Shown here: positions 38,476 to 52,625 of the stretch, in pieces | Position numbering within the stretch: position 1 is the stretch's first letter | How the letters are laid out: every line of letters starts with the position of its first letter | NCBI RefSeq assembly: GCF_036321535.1 | Contig: NC_087436.1 | Location: 52,826,001 to 52,890,000, forward strand | DNA: 64,000 bases | Reading direction: 5' to 3' | Source of the DNA: Camelus dromedarius | Lineage: Eukaryota | Notes under the pieces: generated by a model | Database searches by the model: none | Told to the model about the DNA's origin: nothing | What the model saw: only the letters and a program-made list of their open reading frames with translations | Program-made: the position numbers and the translations under genes

Positions 38476-40774
38476 TTCAAACATAATGTTGATAATAATT
38501 CTTCAGCTCAGGATTCAAGTTTATTAAGTTCTTGAGGGCAGGGACTACATCTTTTAAATTTCTTTTAGTGGACAGCTATTGTTTCTGCCTAGCTAACATT
38601 CCTTCCCCCTTATTTTGGTAACAGAATCCTGACTTTCTTTTGGGAAACCTCTGTTCTTGCATTCTCAGTCCATGTTGTCAGTGAGGAGAACAGTGACTCA
38701 AGTCTGGGTCCAGCCATGTGCCTGTGACTGACCTAGCAAGCCAGAGCAGGCCTTTTCTCTCTGGCACCGTGATTGGCTCAGGAGTTTATAGGTGACTCAA
38801 GCCTGGCCAATGGGAGCCAGCCCAGAACTTTTGCTGAAACCACTGGGGAAGAGAACTCTTCTCGAAGTAGCTAAACCTCCAGCTAAACACAACCTGGAGT
38901 GATGTTCACCATCACATAAGAAGGCCTGAAAGGTTGAAAATGAAGCCAATGCATAAGAAAACAGAACCAAGGGTTTGAAACAGAAAGACATGTCCGATGA
39001 CACTGTTAATCATACCTAGACATTTCCAACACCAGAGCCTCTCTCTCACTCTCTCTCTCATTCCTAGGCAATTATCATGCAGCTGGAGATTTTCAACAAA
39101 TGTGGACTAATTTGTTTGCTAATGAGATAAAAATCCTTAGTCACAGATGACAAGGCAAGGAGGTTGTTCAAATTCATCATTGCAATATTTTGGTGATTCA
39201 TTCAAAAATAAGTAACACACACATATCTATAACTGAGAGGCTTTTTAATTTAATCAGCAGAGCAATCCCAAACATCTTGTTTAACTACTCGACAGTGAAA
39301 TTAGGCACGATACATAAATTATCATTCTTCTTTGTACACTTTGCCAAGTAATTCCCTTGCTTGTTACCAAAAGCCATTCCGTTTGAAGGATGAGTCACAG
39401 CCTGATTGTCTGGTTCAACTTTAAAGTCTCAGAACTCAGAGCTCTCTCTTCTCTTGCTCCTTATTGTTTTTGAGATCTGGAAACCGTCATTTACCCTCAG
39501 TTCTTGTATCAACTAGAATAAGGGGTTCACTAAGGTAGATTTGAGGTTTTCCTCTTTGTTCATATAGAGTCAAAAAAATTAAAAGGATGGCTTCAAGTGA
39601 ACAGCTCTTTATTCTTTTAACATGCTGCCATCATGTGGTTGCTTTGCTCATTCACATGCAAATATTTGAAAGATGATGTCCATAGTGATCCCTTTTTCAG
39701 CACCACGCCAAGGAAGAAGCCCCCAAAGAAAATGAAACCGAACAGAACACATGCTTCCCATGGCCTTAGGGCAGGGGATGGTAGAAAACATGTAAATTTG
39801 CCAAAGTTGTAAAATAAATATGCAATTTGCCAAAATGCAAGATGGAATATAGTAGGAACCTAAAAAGACTTAGACTAAGTGCAAGTGTAGTCTAAGTGTA
39901 CTCTTAGACTACAGTCTATTTTAATAATCTTAAGGCTGTCATTTTAATCATGCTATTTAATAAAATTTGCCAGTAATTGTTTGTACTCTTAATTTTTTGC
40001 AACATCTCAGCAATCGTCTCCATTTTAATTCTGAGGTACTTGAGACCAATAAAAAAAATTTGCCATATGTCTCAGTAACCAAAAAGCAAAAGCCAGGCTC
40101 TTGCTCATAGTTTTGTATAAAAATACCTTAGACTCGTGGAGCTGTCAGTAGTTTATACTATTGTTTCTGAGTCCTTTGAGGTAGAGAAGGCTGATGGAGT
40201 AGAGACGTTTCCATCAGAATTTTCTGACGCTAGGACTTCTCTTTATTACATTTTGCTTTATATATAGGTGCTCAAAAAAAGGTGGTTTCATTTGATTGGG
40301 TGAATCCATACGAAAATACTCATGAGTTTTGAGCTTTTGTATATGATTTCCTCTAGTCAAAGAAAAATTCAGTGAAATTAGTAGGATTAAGTTCTATTGC
40401 AATATTGTTGAACTGTTTCCAGAATAAGTTTTAGCACCTGGAGCACATTAGAGAAGTTGTGCTTTTTTAAGTTCTCAAAAAAAAAAAAAAAAGTTTAGTG
40501 CTTTGTACAGGACATATAACTACCAAACTCTACATATATATAATTGCCTTGATCATGTCTGCAAATTTTTCTTTAAAGAATATGACTACTATAGATTGGG
40601 TACTGAGAAGCCTTCTCAGGCCTGCCCTCATTTGAAAATCCCATTATCTCAGACTCCTGGCCTTTGGCACTGCTTTCTTCCCCAATTAGAAGCCAATACA
40701 GCCAAAAGAGTCTTTTACAGTCTCCTCTCCTCCTCTCCTAAACACAAAATTTTTATTAAGATTAACAACAAGAT

Positions 40775-41185
40775 TAATGTTGATTGTGCCCCTCTCAAAG
40801 TTCATATGCTGAAGTCCTAATCTGTAGTATTTCAGAATATGACCTTATTTAGAGATAGGATCTTTATAGAGATAGGCAAGTTAGAATGAGATCATGTGGA
40901 TGAGCTCTAATCCAATATGACTGATGTTCTTATAAAATAATGAATTTGGACACAGACACGTACAGAGGGAAGATGATGGGTAGACACCAGGGGAAGACAG
41001 CCATCTGCAAGCCAAGGAAAGAGACCTGGAACAAATGCTTCTCTCACAGCCTGCAGAAAGAACCAACCCAGATGACACCCTGATCTTGGACTTCTAGTCT
41101 CCTAGACTGTGGGACATTCAATTTCTGTTGTTTAAGCCACCTAGTTTATGCTACTTTGTTTCAGCAGCTCTTAACAAATGAATAC
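40775..41185 (+). mobile_element. MLT1B-like MaLR LTR
   Basis: aaagttcatatgctgaagtcctaa...gacaccctgatcttggacttctagtct...atttctgttgtttaagccac. Confidence 0.8.
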
Positions 41186-42549
41186 AATTAGTCTGGGGGT
41201 AAGGAGTTATATTAACATTTTTTAGGCCATGTGTCTCCCTATGGCTAGCCCTAACTTAATTGTTGTAATTCTAGAAAATACAAACACCAAAAAAAATTTA
41301 TTTCTTCTAGAATATGTTAGCATGTTAAATGATTTTTGAGAAGAAGTAAGCAGATAGAAAGAGACTGTAAAATTTAAAAATCAGAGTATTGTAAAGGTTT
41401 AAAAATTGGTACTTTAGGCATAAATTTTGGCTTTGGCAGCTATCTTATCACCTCTATCCTACTTCCTGTCCCAGCCAAACTCTGGTCAGGCAGTGTGAAG
41501 AGAGGACCAATTATTTCCTCGCTAAGCCCTCAATATTTCAGGCCAAGAGAAGAAGTAGAGTATTGGTCTTGATTCTCAAGAGGCAGTCTTTTAAAGACCT
41601 CTGCCCAGAGAAGGAGAAAATCAGCTGAGAACCACTGATGATAAATGTCTATCTTTTTGGCCATCTAGAATCTAAACACCTTTCTAGTTACAGAGCCTCC
41701 CCATCGTATGAGGCAGAGCCTGCCTCTGACCACAGAAGATGAACACGCATGAGACTGGTTTCCATAGCCTCCCTCCAGACAGAGCACAGACACCTGACCC
41801 AGGCCACAGACCAGACAGAGCCTGGACTAACTAAATCCGAAGCTATGGGTCCAAAGAAGCAAGGATGGCTCTAAATTCCTGGTAGAGGAGCCACTAGCAG
41901 CCACATCCATTTTCTGGGGTAACAGGAGCCACTGTGCCACCAGCAACCCCCGGGGTCTGTTAATGGTAGAGATCAAGACACAGAGGCTAGCGCTCAACAG
42001 CTGTGAGAGACTCATGATTCTGTAACATGACTCTACCCTCTAGTCATGGATGAGTAGCCTGGTTAAATGCCTGTCACAGATTCTAGAGCTGTCCCATTTG
42101 TGTTTAAATCCACAGTTTCTGTTGCTTCCAACTAAACATTCTGACACAAAGATTGTTTGTATTTTTAATTTATCATTTAATAAATATAACAGTATCTAAT
42201 TATTTTTCTTTTAACAAAATAAGGAAAGGGATCACAAAATTGTGCTCAGTAAATAGATACTCTAAATATACATTTAAATTCTCTACCAGTAGTTTAGAGA
42301 CGGGGGAAGAGGTAGATAGAAAAAGGAAGATAGAGAATAAAATGCAGAAGGGAAAATGATCATTAAATATTCCTCCAAATTCTCTTTAATTGTTTTAAGA
42401 TTAAAAACGTTCTGTCTTGATTTCCGATCATCACTTGATCTTTTACATAATTCAAAAAAGCCCATGTCAAACTCACCTTTATGATACCTATATAGAAACA
42501 CTGGCAGATGATACTAACTGATAATGAATAAAATGGAAAGACAAATAGT

Positions 42550-43310
42550 CTTTAAGCACATGAAAAGATGGCCAGCCTCACTGGCAATAAAAGAATGCAA
42601 TTTAAAACAATAGTGAGATACCATCTTTCATCTGTCAAATTGGCAGAACCCAAAAAGTTTGAAAATTCACTGTGTATTGGGTAAACATGCCCTTTTATAC
42701 TGCTTGTGGGGATGTACATTGGGACAATCATTTTTTGGAGGGTGAAATTTAGAAGTATCCATCTATTTAGAAGATCACACATGCACCTGCCCTTTGACAC
42801 AGCAACTCTATCTCTAGAAATTGGTCCTGTGGATGGTTACATACATGCACAAAACAAGAAAAGTAAAAGGATATTAACTGCAACAGCAATAGAGAACTAA
42901 TTAAGTCCATTCTGATACATCCAAACAATGGAATACTATGAAGCTGTTAAAATAAACCAGGAAGCTCTCCAAATGCTGCTATGGCAATCAGAGCCAAGAC
43001 TTGTTGGTAAATGGAGAAAAATGCTTTATTACGTAGTATGATACCATTAGGGAACAAAATAATTACAACAGCAATAATAACTATAACAGACATATATTTG
43101 TGACTATATTTATGTGTATATGCTTATGTGTGGGCAGAATATTTCTAGACATTCTCACTTAAAAAAACTGCTGATATAGGTAGTGATTGCTTCTGAATAG
43201 GGAAAATAAGTATCTAGGAAACAGGGTGGACAGTAGATGAGATGGATTGTATGCCTTTTGCACCTTTTGAATTTTATAATACGTTCTGTATTATTTATTT
43301 AAAAATTATT
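42550..43310 (+). mobile_element. Old L1 (L1ME-like) 3' fragment
   Basis: aagcacatgaaaagatg...aatgcaatttaaaacaatagtgagataccat; matches the ORF2 C-terminus and 3'UTR pattern. Confidence 0.7.
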
Positions 43311-46012
43311 TTAAAATATTAAGCATACACATGAATATATATAAACATACTAAATGACTTTTACTTAACTATAAAGAAATGTAAGCATAAAAAGATCTAT
43401 CAAAACCATAGAAATAAACAACAAAAAAATAACTTTATCAAGGATTGGATTTATGCAGAAAATATCCACAAACTTGTTTCTAGTTAACTAACCCACGTCT
43501 GTTGTTTTTTGCTGATACAATGTGACAAGTCGAGTTTCCTCCATGCATAGTTGCCTCTGAACCTAGATTTCACCTTAGGCCTGGGAGGATCTGACAAAGC
43601 AGAAATGGACTTGATCAAAGTCAAAGAACAAGGATGAAGAAGGTTTTCATGTGTTCAGAGGAGAAAAAGAGATTGGATACAGAATAAAGAGGGAGGGGAA
43701 AGGTCTTGAATCCATGAATAATGGTTATACACTGTGAAATCCTGGCTGTCTCCAGGACTTGGGGAGGAATATCGTTCAAACACAGAAACCAAAGCAAGAA
43801 TAAAGAGAGCTGCTACAGGGAATGGCAAGGTGGTGATATGTGTGTGCTGCCAGAGCTACACCGAAAGCTGACATTTCAAGCTGAAAGACACCTTAGATAA
43901 ATATACAATCTACCTAACTCTAATTTTCAAACTTGAAGAAACTGAAGCCTGGGAATGCTGTGATTGGCCCCAGTCACACAACCTGAGAGCAGCAGGATTA
44001 GCATAATAATCAGTGTCCCCTAACTCCCAGTCCAGTCCGGAGCTTTGTTTACCATATATTCATGCATTCCCCACCTCCCCATAAATGATCCTTTTATACA
44101 GCTGTTTTTTCTATTTTCAGTACAAGAGAGAGAAAATATACAGGAGTATTTTCTTGTATTCTGGTGGTTGTTCAGTCAAGGTTTCCGCAATTCCTGATCT
44201 TTCGATTTGGGACAACTCCTTAGGCTGGTCTCCAGTCCTGCAGACTAAGGATGAGTAAAGTGAGCCCTAGTTGGGTTAACCCTGTGTTCTAGCAAAGGTT
44301 GTTTTCAGTGCAAAGAACAGAAACCTACTCAAATCAGTTCAAATACAAGGAAAGCCAATGCTGGGGATTCAGGTGCGCTGCTCTTGGATTTTTCATGGCC
44401 TGAGGACAGGCAAGAAGTTAGGATACGGTTCACAGGAAATGGAAAGTTGGGAAGCAAAAATGTCTCCTATACTCTTTCACTTTTGTTTGCATCTGACCAG
44501 ACAAAATCTGCAAAGAATAGGTTAAATTCCATCAGTTGAATCTTAAAAAGCCATTGTAGGAAAACAGAATGGGTAAAACATGGCTCAGACACCAGCTATT
44601 ATTTAAAAAAAAAGGTCAAGATTTTAGCTAAAACTTTAATATGAATTAACAGCATATTAATAGAAGTACAGGGCCTAGAATGAGGAAAGTAACCCTTTCT
44701 GTATTATTCATATCATATCTGGAATACTCTGCTCTATTCTAGACACCAAGAGAAAAATAGAAAACTAAAAATATCCGATGAGCAGTGGTCAGACTGGTAA
44801 AAATTTTGAAAACCTAGCAAGAGGAATACACTGTTCTCTTCAAATATTTGAGGAGCAGTCTATAGTCAGGGATATTCTGTGAGGTTTTGAGGAACTAGGA
44901 TGGATTAGTGGAAGTCGTGGAAATGGAATAGTCTGTGGTGGGTGGCTTTCAGGGTCACAGAGGGGAGATGTGAACCTGGGATGGATAGCCATATGCTTTA
45001 TTGAGACTTTTCAAACACATGGCCCAATTCAAGGGAAAAAAAATCATAGGATTCATATTTTTAATCTCAAAGTAGCTTTCTTGAATTCCACTGGGGACTT
45101 TTTCTTTTTTTTATATATATAACTTAGATTACATTCTTAAACAAACAGCAGAATGTTGGGAAATTTTAGTATTTCTTTGTAGGCATTAAAATGTTAACAT
45201 ATGGACATGTTTGCAAAATAGCAACTTTTTAACTCCTTACATTGGTATAACACTTGAATTCACAAAATGCCCTTACATGAATTATTTTATTCTGGAAACA
45301 TCTCTGCAAGGTAAATATTACTATCACTAGAAAACACCCTTAGAGAGACAAGATGACTTGCCAGAGATCCTTGCAAATGAGGGTAATGTTCAAGCATTAC
45401 CTATTTTTTCCATTCAGTGGAAATGTAAATGATCAAGATGGATCATTACGTGAGACACAGATTCACTAAAAGACTGAGACCTAATCACAGGGCTATAGAA
45501 CACATCCCCTATCCCAACACCTTACCACTATATTACTAAAGTCCTATTTACAGCAACTCCTTTTGCCCAATACACCATATCCAGCTATAAAGAAAAAAAA
45601 TTACAAGGTACACTAAATGGTAAAAAACACAGTTTGAAAAGACAGAGCAAGCATCTGAACCAAAGATATGACAGAGATATTGGAAATATCAGACAGAGAA
45701 TTAAAAACAACTATGATTAATATGCAGAGGTCTCTAATGGATAAAGTAGACAGCATGCAAAAACAAATGGGCAATGTAAGCAGAGAAATGGAAATTTAAA
45801 GAAAGAACCAAAAAGAAATACTAAAGATTAAAAACCACTGTAAGAGAAATGAAGGATGCCTTGAATGGGCTTAACAGTAGCCTGAATGTGGCTGAGGAAA
45901 GAATCTCTGAGCTTGAAGATATCTCAATATAAAGCTCCAAAACTGAAAATCAAAGAGAACCCCCCCCCAAAAAAAAACCCAGGATATCCAAGAACAACTA
46001 CAAAATATGTGA

Positions 46013-46014
<2 letters not shown>

Positions 46015-46106
<92 letters not shown>

Positions 46107-46107
46107 A
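46015..46107. repeat. Compound (TC)n(TA)n microsatellite inside L1 ORF1; others are (TG)n at ~24147-24182 and ~33948-33976, (TA)n at ~26859-26898, (GATA)n at ~28225-28272
   Basis: Directly visible. Confidence 0.95.
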
Positions 46108-48260
46108 TACCAGAAGGAGAAGAAAGGGAAAAGGACAGAAGAAATATTTGAAATAGCAATGACTGAGAATTTCTCTTAATTAATGTCACATACCAAACCA
46201 CAGATCCGGGAATCTCAGAGAACACCAAGAAGAATAACTGCCCCCCAAAAATGATAGTTAGGCATATCGCCTTCAGACTACAGAAAATCAAAGATAAAGA
46301 CAAAATTCTGAGAGAAGCCAGAGGGGGAAAACCACTTACTTACAGAGGAGAAGAGATAAGAATTACAGCCAACTGCTCCACAGCAACCATGCAAGAAAGA
46401 AGAGAGTGGAGTAAAACATTTAAAGGGCAGAGAAGAAATCCCACCAAGCTCAAATTCTCTACCTGAATAATTATTCCTCAAAGTGAAGGAGAAAGAAAGA
46501 CTTCTCAGACAAACAAAAATTGAGGGAATTTGTTGCCATTAGGCCTGGTTTACAAGAAATTTTAAAATAAGTTCTTTAGAGAGAAGGAAAATGATATAGG
46601 TTAGAAACTCTTATCTACATGAAGAAAAGAAGAGCACCAGGAAAAGAATAAGGCAAGATTAAATAAATACTCTTATTTTTCTTATTCTTATGTGATCTAA
46701 CAGATAATAGCTTTTATCAAAATAATTAGCAATGATGTATTATATATGTATATATACATATATATGTTTATATATGAGTGAAATGAATGACAGCAATGAT
46801 CCAAGGGATGGGAGGGAGGGGTTGGGATTGTTTTGCTATTATAAGGTATTCACATTACACATAAGCTGTACAGTGTTATTCAAAAGTGAACTGAGATTAG
46901 TTGTAAGTGTATACTGTAAACTCTACAGTAACCATAAAAATATTGAAAAAAGAACAACTGATATGCTAAGAAAGGAGAGAAAATGGAATGATATAAAATG
47001 CTCAATTAAAACCACAAAAGAAAGAGAAGAGTGGAAGACAAAATTGGAGCTAAGAAGGGCAACAAATAGAAAATAGTAACAAATATGGTAGATACAAATA
47101 AAACTATATCAATAATTATTTTAAACATCTATGTTCTAAATGCTTAAATTAATAGACAGTTTTGTCAGAATAGATCAGAAAAACAAGACCCAACTATACG
47201 TTGTCTACAAGAAAGCCACTTTAAACATAGAAACACATATAGAATAAAAGTAAATGAGTGGAGAAAGATATACCATTCTAACACTAATCAAAAGAAAGTG
47301 GGAGTAGCTATATTAATTTCAGACAAAGCAGAATTTAGACCAAGGAAAGTTATGAGAGGTAAAAAAAGGGCATTACATAATGAAAAAGGGGTCAATTCTC
47401 AAGAAGCTGTAACAATCCTTAATGTGTATGTGCCTAACAACAACACACCAAAAGATATAAGGCAAAAAGTAATAGAACTGCAAGGAGAAATAGATGAATC
47501 CACAACTATAGTTGGAGACTTCAAGACCCTTCTATCAGAAATGGACAGATCCACCAGGCAAAAATCAGTAATGCCATAGTACTCAGCAATATTGCCATGA
47601 TTTATAGATATAATGAACATCTATAGACTACTTCATTCAACAACAGCAGAATACACATTCATTCTTCTCAAGCTCACATGAACCATTCACCAAGGCAGAT
47701 CACATTATGAGCCATAAAACACACCTTAACAAATTTAAAAGAATAGAAATCACAAAAAGTTTGCCCACAGACAATGGAATATAAATAGATCTCAGTAACA
47801 GAAAGGTATCTGGAAAATCCCTCCAATTATGTTGCGATTAAACAACACACTTCTAAACAACACATAGGTCAAAGAAGAAATCTCAAGAGGAATTCAAAAA
47901 TGTTTTGAAATAAATGAAAAACAAGACTTAGCAAAACTTGTGGGAGGTAGCAAAAGTAGTGCTTAGAGGGCAATTTATAGCATTAAAATACATACATTAG
48001 AAAAAAGAAAGATCAAAAATCAATCATTCAAGCCTCCATCTTTGAAAACTAGAAAAAAAAAAAAAAGGAAGCAAATTAAACCCAAAGTAAGTAGAAGAAA
48101 AGAAATACTAAAAATTCCAGCATACATACATAAAATTGAAAACAGGGAATCAAAGGGAAAAAAATCAATGAAACTAAAAGTTGGCCCTTTGAAAAGATCC
48201 ATGATATCAATAAACCTCTAGCTAGAATAAGAAAAAGAGAAAGAAGACACAAATTACTAA

Positions 48261-48370
48261 TACAAGCATACCTCATTTTATTGTATTTTGCTTTATTGTA
48301 CTTCAACGATATTTCAATATTGCATTGTTTTACAAGTTGAAGGTTTGTGGCAACCCTGCACTGAGCAAGA
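48261..48370 (+). mobile_element. Tigger1-like DNA transposon end nested in L1 ORF2
   Basis: ta+caagcatacctcattttattg...ttttacaagttgaaggtttgtggcaaccctgca resembles the Tigger1 terminus and interrupts ORF2. Confidence 0.7.
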
Positions 48371-51300
48371 CACAATTTGTCAAATCTCACACAAGAAGAA
48401 ATAGACAATATGAATAAGCCTGTATTTACTAAAGAAATTCAATAAAAATTAAAAATCTTCAAAAAACAGAAGCACTGGGCCCAAATGATTCCACTGGTGA
48501 ATTCTAGCAAACATTTAAAGAAGTTTTACCAATTCTCTACAACGTCTTTCAGAAGATAAAAGCAGAGAGAATATTTCCTAACTCCATGTGGTTAGCATTG
48601 CCTCAACCCCCAAACTGGATGAAGACATTACAAGAAAAGAAAACTACAGATCAATACCTCCCATGAACATAGATGGAAATATCCTCAACAAAATATTATC
48701 TAAACAAATCCAACAGTGTATAAAAAGAATCATACATCCCAACCAAGTGGGATACATCCCAGGTATGCAGGGATGGTTTAGCATTCAAAAATCAATCAAT
48801 GTAATCCATCACATCAACAGGCTGAAGAGGAAAACATCATATCAATAGACGCAGAAAAAGCATTTTACAAAATCCAAAACCCATGATAAAAACTTTCAAT
48901 AAATTAAGAATAGAGGGGAGTTTCCTCAATTTAATAAAGAATATCTGCAGAAATCCTTCAGGTAACATCATACTGAATGGTGAGGACCTAGAAGCTTTCT
49001 CACTAGGATTAAGAAAAAATGCAAGGATGTACCTTCTCACCACTCCCTTTGGACTTTGTATTGGAAGTCTGAGCTAACTCAATAAGACCCCCCAACAAAG
49101 GAAATGAAAGATGTACAGATTGAGAAGAAGTAAAAGTGTCTTTGTTTGCAAATGGCATGATCATCTATGTAGAAATTCTGAAATAACTGACCAAAATTAG
49201 AACTAATAATAAAGTATAGCAAGGTCTCAGGATACAAGATTAACATACAACAGTCAATTGCTTTCCTATACACCAGCAAGGAACGAGTGAAATTTGAAAG
49301 TAAAACAAAACAACATTTGTGTTAGCACCCCAAAAATGAAATATCTGGGCATAAATGTAACATATAGAAGATCTATATGAAGAAAACTACAAAACACTGA
49401 TGAAAGAAATCAAGAACTAAATAAATAAAGAGATAATCCGTATTCATACATAGAAAAGACTCACTATCATCAGGGTGTCAATTATTTCCAAATTGATCTG
49501 TAGATTCAGCAATTTTAATCAAACTCCCAGGAAACTATTTTGTGAATAATGGCAAACTAATTCTAAGGCTTGCACTGAGAGGCAAAATACCCAGAATAGC
49601 CAACACAGTATTGAAGGAAAAGAACAAAGCTGGAGGACTGACACTAATGAACTTCAAGATTTACTATAAACCTTCAGTAATGAAGACAGTGTAGCATTAG
49701 TGAAAGAATAAACAAATAGATCAGTGGAACAGAACAGAGAGCCCAGAAATAAACTCACATAAATATGGTCAGCAATCGTTGATGAAGGAGCAATTGGAGA
49801 ATGGAGAAAAGATAGTCTTTTCAGTAGATGGGTGCTAGAAAGATTGGACATCCACGTGAAAATGAATCTAGACACAGACCTCACACTCTTCACAAAAATT
49901 AACACAGACCTAAATGTAAAATAAGATTTAAAAACTCTTAGAAGATTACGTAGGAGAAAATGTGGATGACCCTGGGCTTGGTGATAACATTTTAGACATG
50001 AAATCAAAGGCCCAATCCATGGAAGAAAGAATTGATAAGATGGACTTCATTAAAATTAAAATGTTTTGCTTTGTGAAAACCACTGTCAAAAGAATAAAGA
50101 CACAAGCCACAGACTGGGAGAAAATATTTGCAAAAGACATATCTGAAAAAGGACTGTTATCCAAAATATGCCAAGAAGTCTTAAAACTCAACAATAAGAA
50201 AACAAACAACCAATTAAAAATGGGCCAAAGACCTTAACAACCACTTCAGCAAAGAAGATAAACAGATGGCAAATAAGCTTATGAAAAGATATTCCACATC
50301 ACATGTCATCAAAGAAATGTAAATTAAAACAATAATGAGATATCACTACACACTTATTAGAATGGCCAAAATCCAAATGCTGGCAGGGATGTGGAGCAAC
50401 AAGAACTCTCATTCCCTGCTGGTGGTAATAAAAAATGGTACAGCCACTTTGGAAGACAGCGTGTCAGTTTATTACAAAACTAAATATACTATATGACTCA
50501 GAAACTGTACTTGTAGATATTTACCCAAAGGAGTTGAAACCTTTTGTCCATATAAAAACCTACACACAGATATTTATAGCAGCTATATTCATATTTGCCA
50601 AAACTAAGAAGCAGTTAAAAATGCCGTTCAGTAGGTGAATGGATAACTAAACTGTAGTACACTTGGAAGAGGGAATATTATTCAGCCCTAAAAAGATGAG
50701 CTATCAAGTCATGAAAAGACATAGAGAAAACTCAAACACATGTACGTAAGTGAAAGAAGCCAACCTGAAAAGGCTGCACGTTGTATGATTAGAGAGGAGT
50801 GGCTATGAATAGACAGAACACAGAGGAGTTTTAGAGCAGTGAGACTACTCTGTACAATATTGCATTCATGAAAACATTATACATTTGTCCAAACCCATAA
50901 AATGTACAATATCAAGAGTGAACCCTAATGTAAATTATGGACTTTGAGTAATTATGATGTGTCAACGTAAATTCATTAGCCAAAACAAAGGTACCACTCT
51001 GGTGGGGGATGGTTATAATCGGGGAGTGTGGGGGACACATGGGAAATCTCTGTACCTTCCTCTTAATATTGCTGTGAACCTAAAACTTCTCTTAAAAAAT
51101 TGCCTACCAATTGAAGAACAAAACCCATATATGAGGCTATGCCTGAAAGGATAGGGTATGGATAAAGTGTATTCTAGGCAGGGGAAACTGAATGTGGGGT
51201 AAGACACAGGTATAGAACTGACCATTAGTGGAGCCCCCTAAAGAGGTCTACATGGAGAAAGAATTCACCTAGGCTTGGGGATAATAAAGTTGGAGGATGT

Positions 51301-52300
51301 TTACATGAATGTTGTAAGTCATGGTGGACAGATTATTAGTGGCCCTGAAAGTCTGTTTGAAGAATTTGGAGATCATAGGTTATAAAATTCCCATTATGCC
51401 TTTATTTCATTTTAAGTATTAACAGAGATTACAGCCCCTGTTTGAAATGTCTCACTGGACAACCTTTAAATCATAACTAAATCTGAAGAGTTTCAACAGC
51501 TTCAGAGATGGGAAGCAGTATATGGAAGGAGAACCATGTGATAATTACAATGCACCTCTTTTTGCATACACGCTTACTTGATTTATAGCACTTTCATAAG
51601 AACTAAACTGTGTGAAAGCATGCATCATTGTCCATTTATAAACTATAAAACATAAGAAATAAAATATTTATGTAGCATTAAAACAATCCCAATGAAGTAG
51701 GGTAATGCTTGTATTTTACCTCCATTTTGCAGAACTGGAAACTGAGACTCAGAGAGATTAATTGACTCACCAGGCCAGTGGCAGAGCCAGTACTGTTGGT
51801 GCAGTGTAGTAGAAAGAGAACTAGTTCAGAGGTCAAAAAAGTGAGGTTCCAAAATAACTGTAATAGTAATTAGTCATGTGACCTCTGGAAAATAAGTCAT
51901 TTACCCTTCTGAGTATTAGTCTTTTAATTTGTAAGTTGCAGTTGGTAGTAAGACGATGACACTACGTCCCAGTAGCTGTGAAAGTAACTTAATGTTTCTT
52001 TGCACTTCCATGCTCATTTTTTCTCTCTTTTCTCCTTAACCTTTTCAATTTATCTGTTCCCCATAATTTGAGCAAACATGTGGTCTGTCACTAACTGGCT
52101 CTGCCTCTTGGGATCTCTTGGTATGGTCTTTCTTTTTCAAGTCCCCTTTTATCTAAATCAGTATTGATATTCTCTAGTTCAACATCCTAAGTCAGGAAAT
52201 ATGGTTGCCCTAAGTCAGGGAAGAATACACTCAAATAAAGACCCTAAAACTATGTCCTTGAGCAGCCAGACTAGGGAAGTGAACATTAGGAAAGAAGGGG

Positions 52301-52625
52301 ATTATTACAAGGTATTGAATACAGTTCCCTGTGCTATACAGTAGGACCTTGTTGTTTATCTGTTCTGTGTATAGTAGTCTGTATTTGCTAATCCCAAACT
52401 CTCAATTTATCCTTCCTCAACCTTTCCCCTTTGGTAGCTGTAAGTTTGTTTTCTATGCCTGTGAGTCTGTTTCTGTTTTGTAAGTAACTATATTTAATAA
52501 CTTGCAATAACCTATAATGAATAAGAATATAAAAATAATATATATGTATAACTGAATCACTATGCTGTACACCAGAAACTAATACATTTTTAAATCAACC
52601 ATACCTCATTTAAAAAAAAAGAAAG
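52301..52625. mobile_element. 5'-inverted L1 3' fragment (twin-priming structure)
   Basis: 52301-~52486 is antisense L1 3'UTR; ~52486-52625 is the adjoining sense L1 terminus with poly(A). Confidence 0.7.

Larger units (their letters stand above)
45430..51100 (+). mobile_element. Old near-full-length LINE-1 (L1MC1-like 3' end) with disrupted ORF1 and ORF2
   Basis: ORF fragments with L1 motifs: ORF1 KDKDKILREAR; endonuclease GVAILISDK and TTIVGDF; RT ENYRSI and [13 protein letters not shown]-terminal QATDWEKIFA and MVQPLWK. Many stops and frameshifts. Confidence 0.92.

Noticed and set aside
45886..50638. ORF-track peptides resembling endonuclease and reverse transcriptase
   Set aside because: Frameshifted fragments of an old L1, not an active element or novel RT system.
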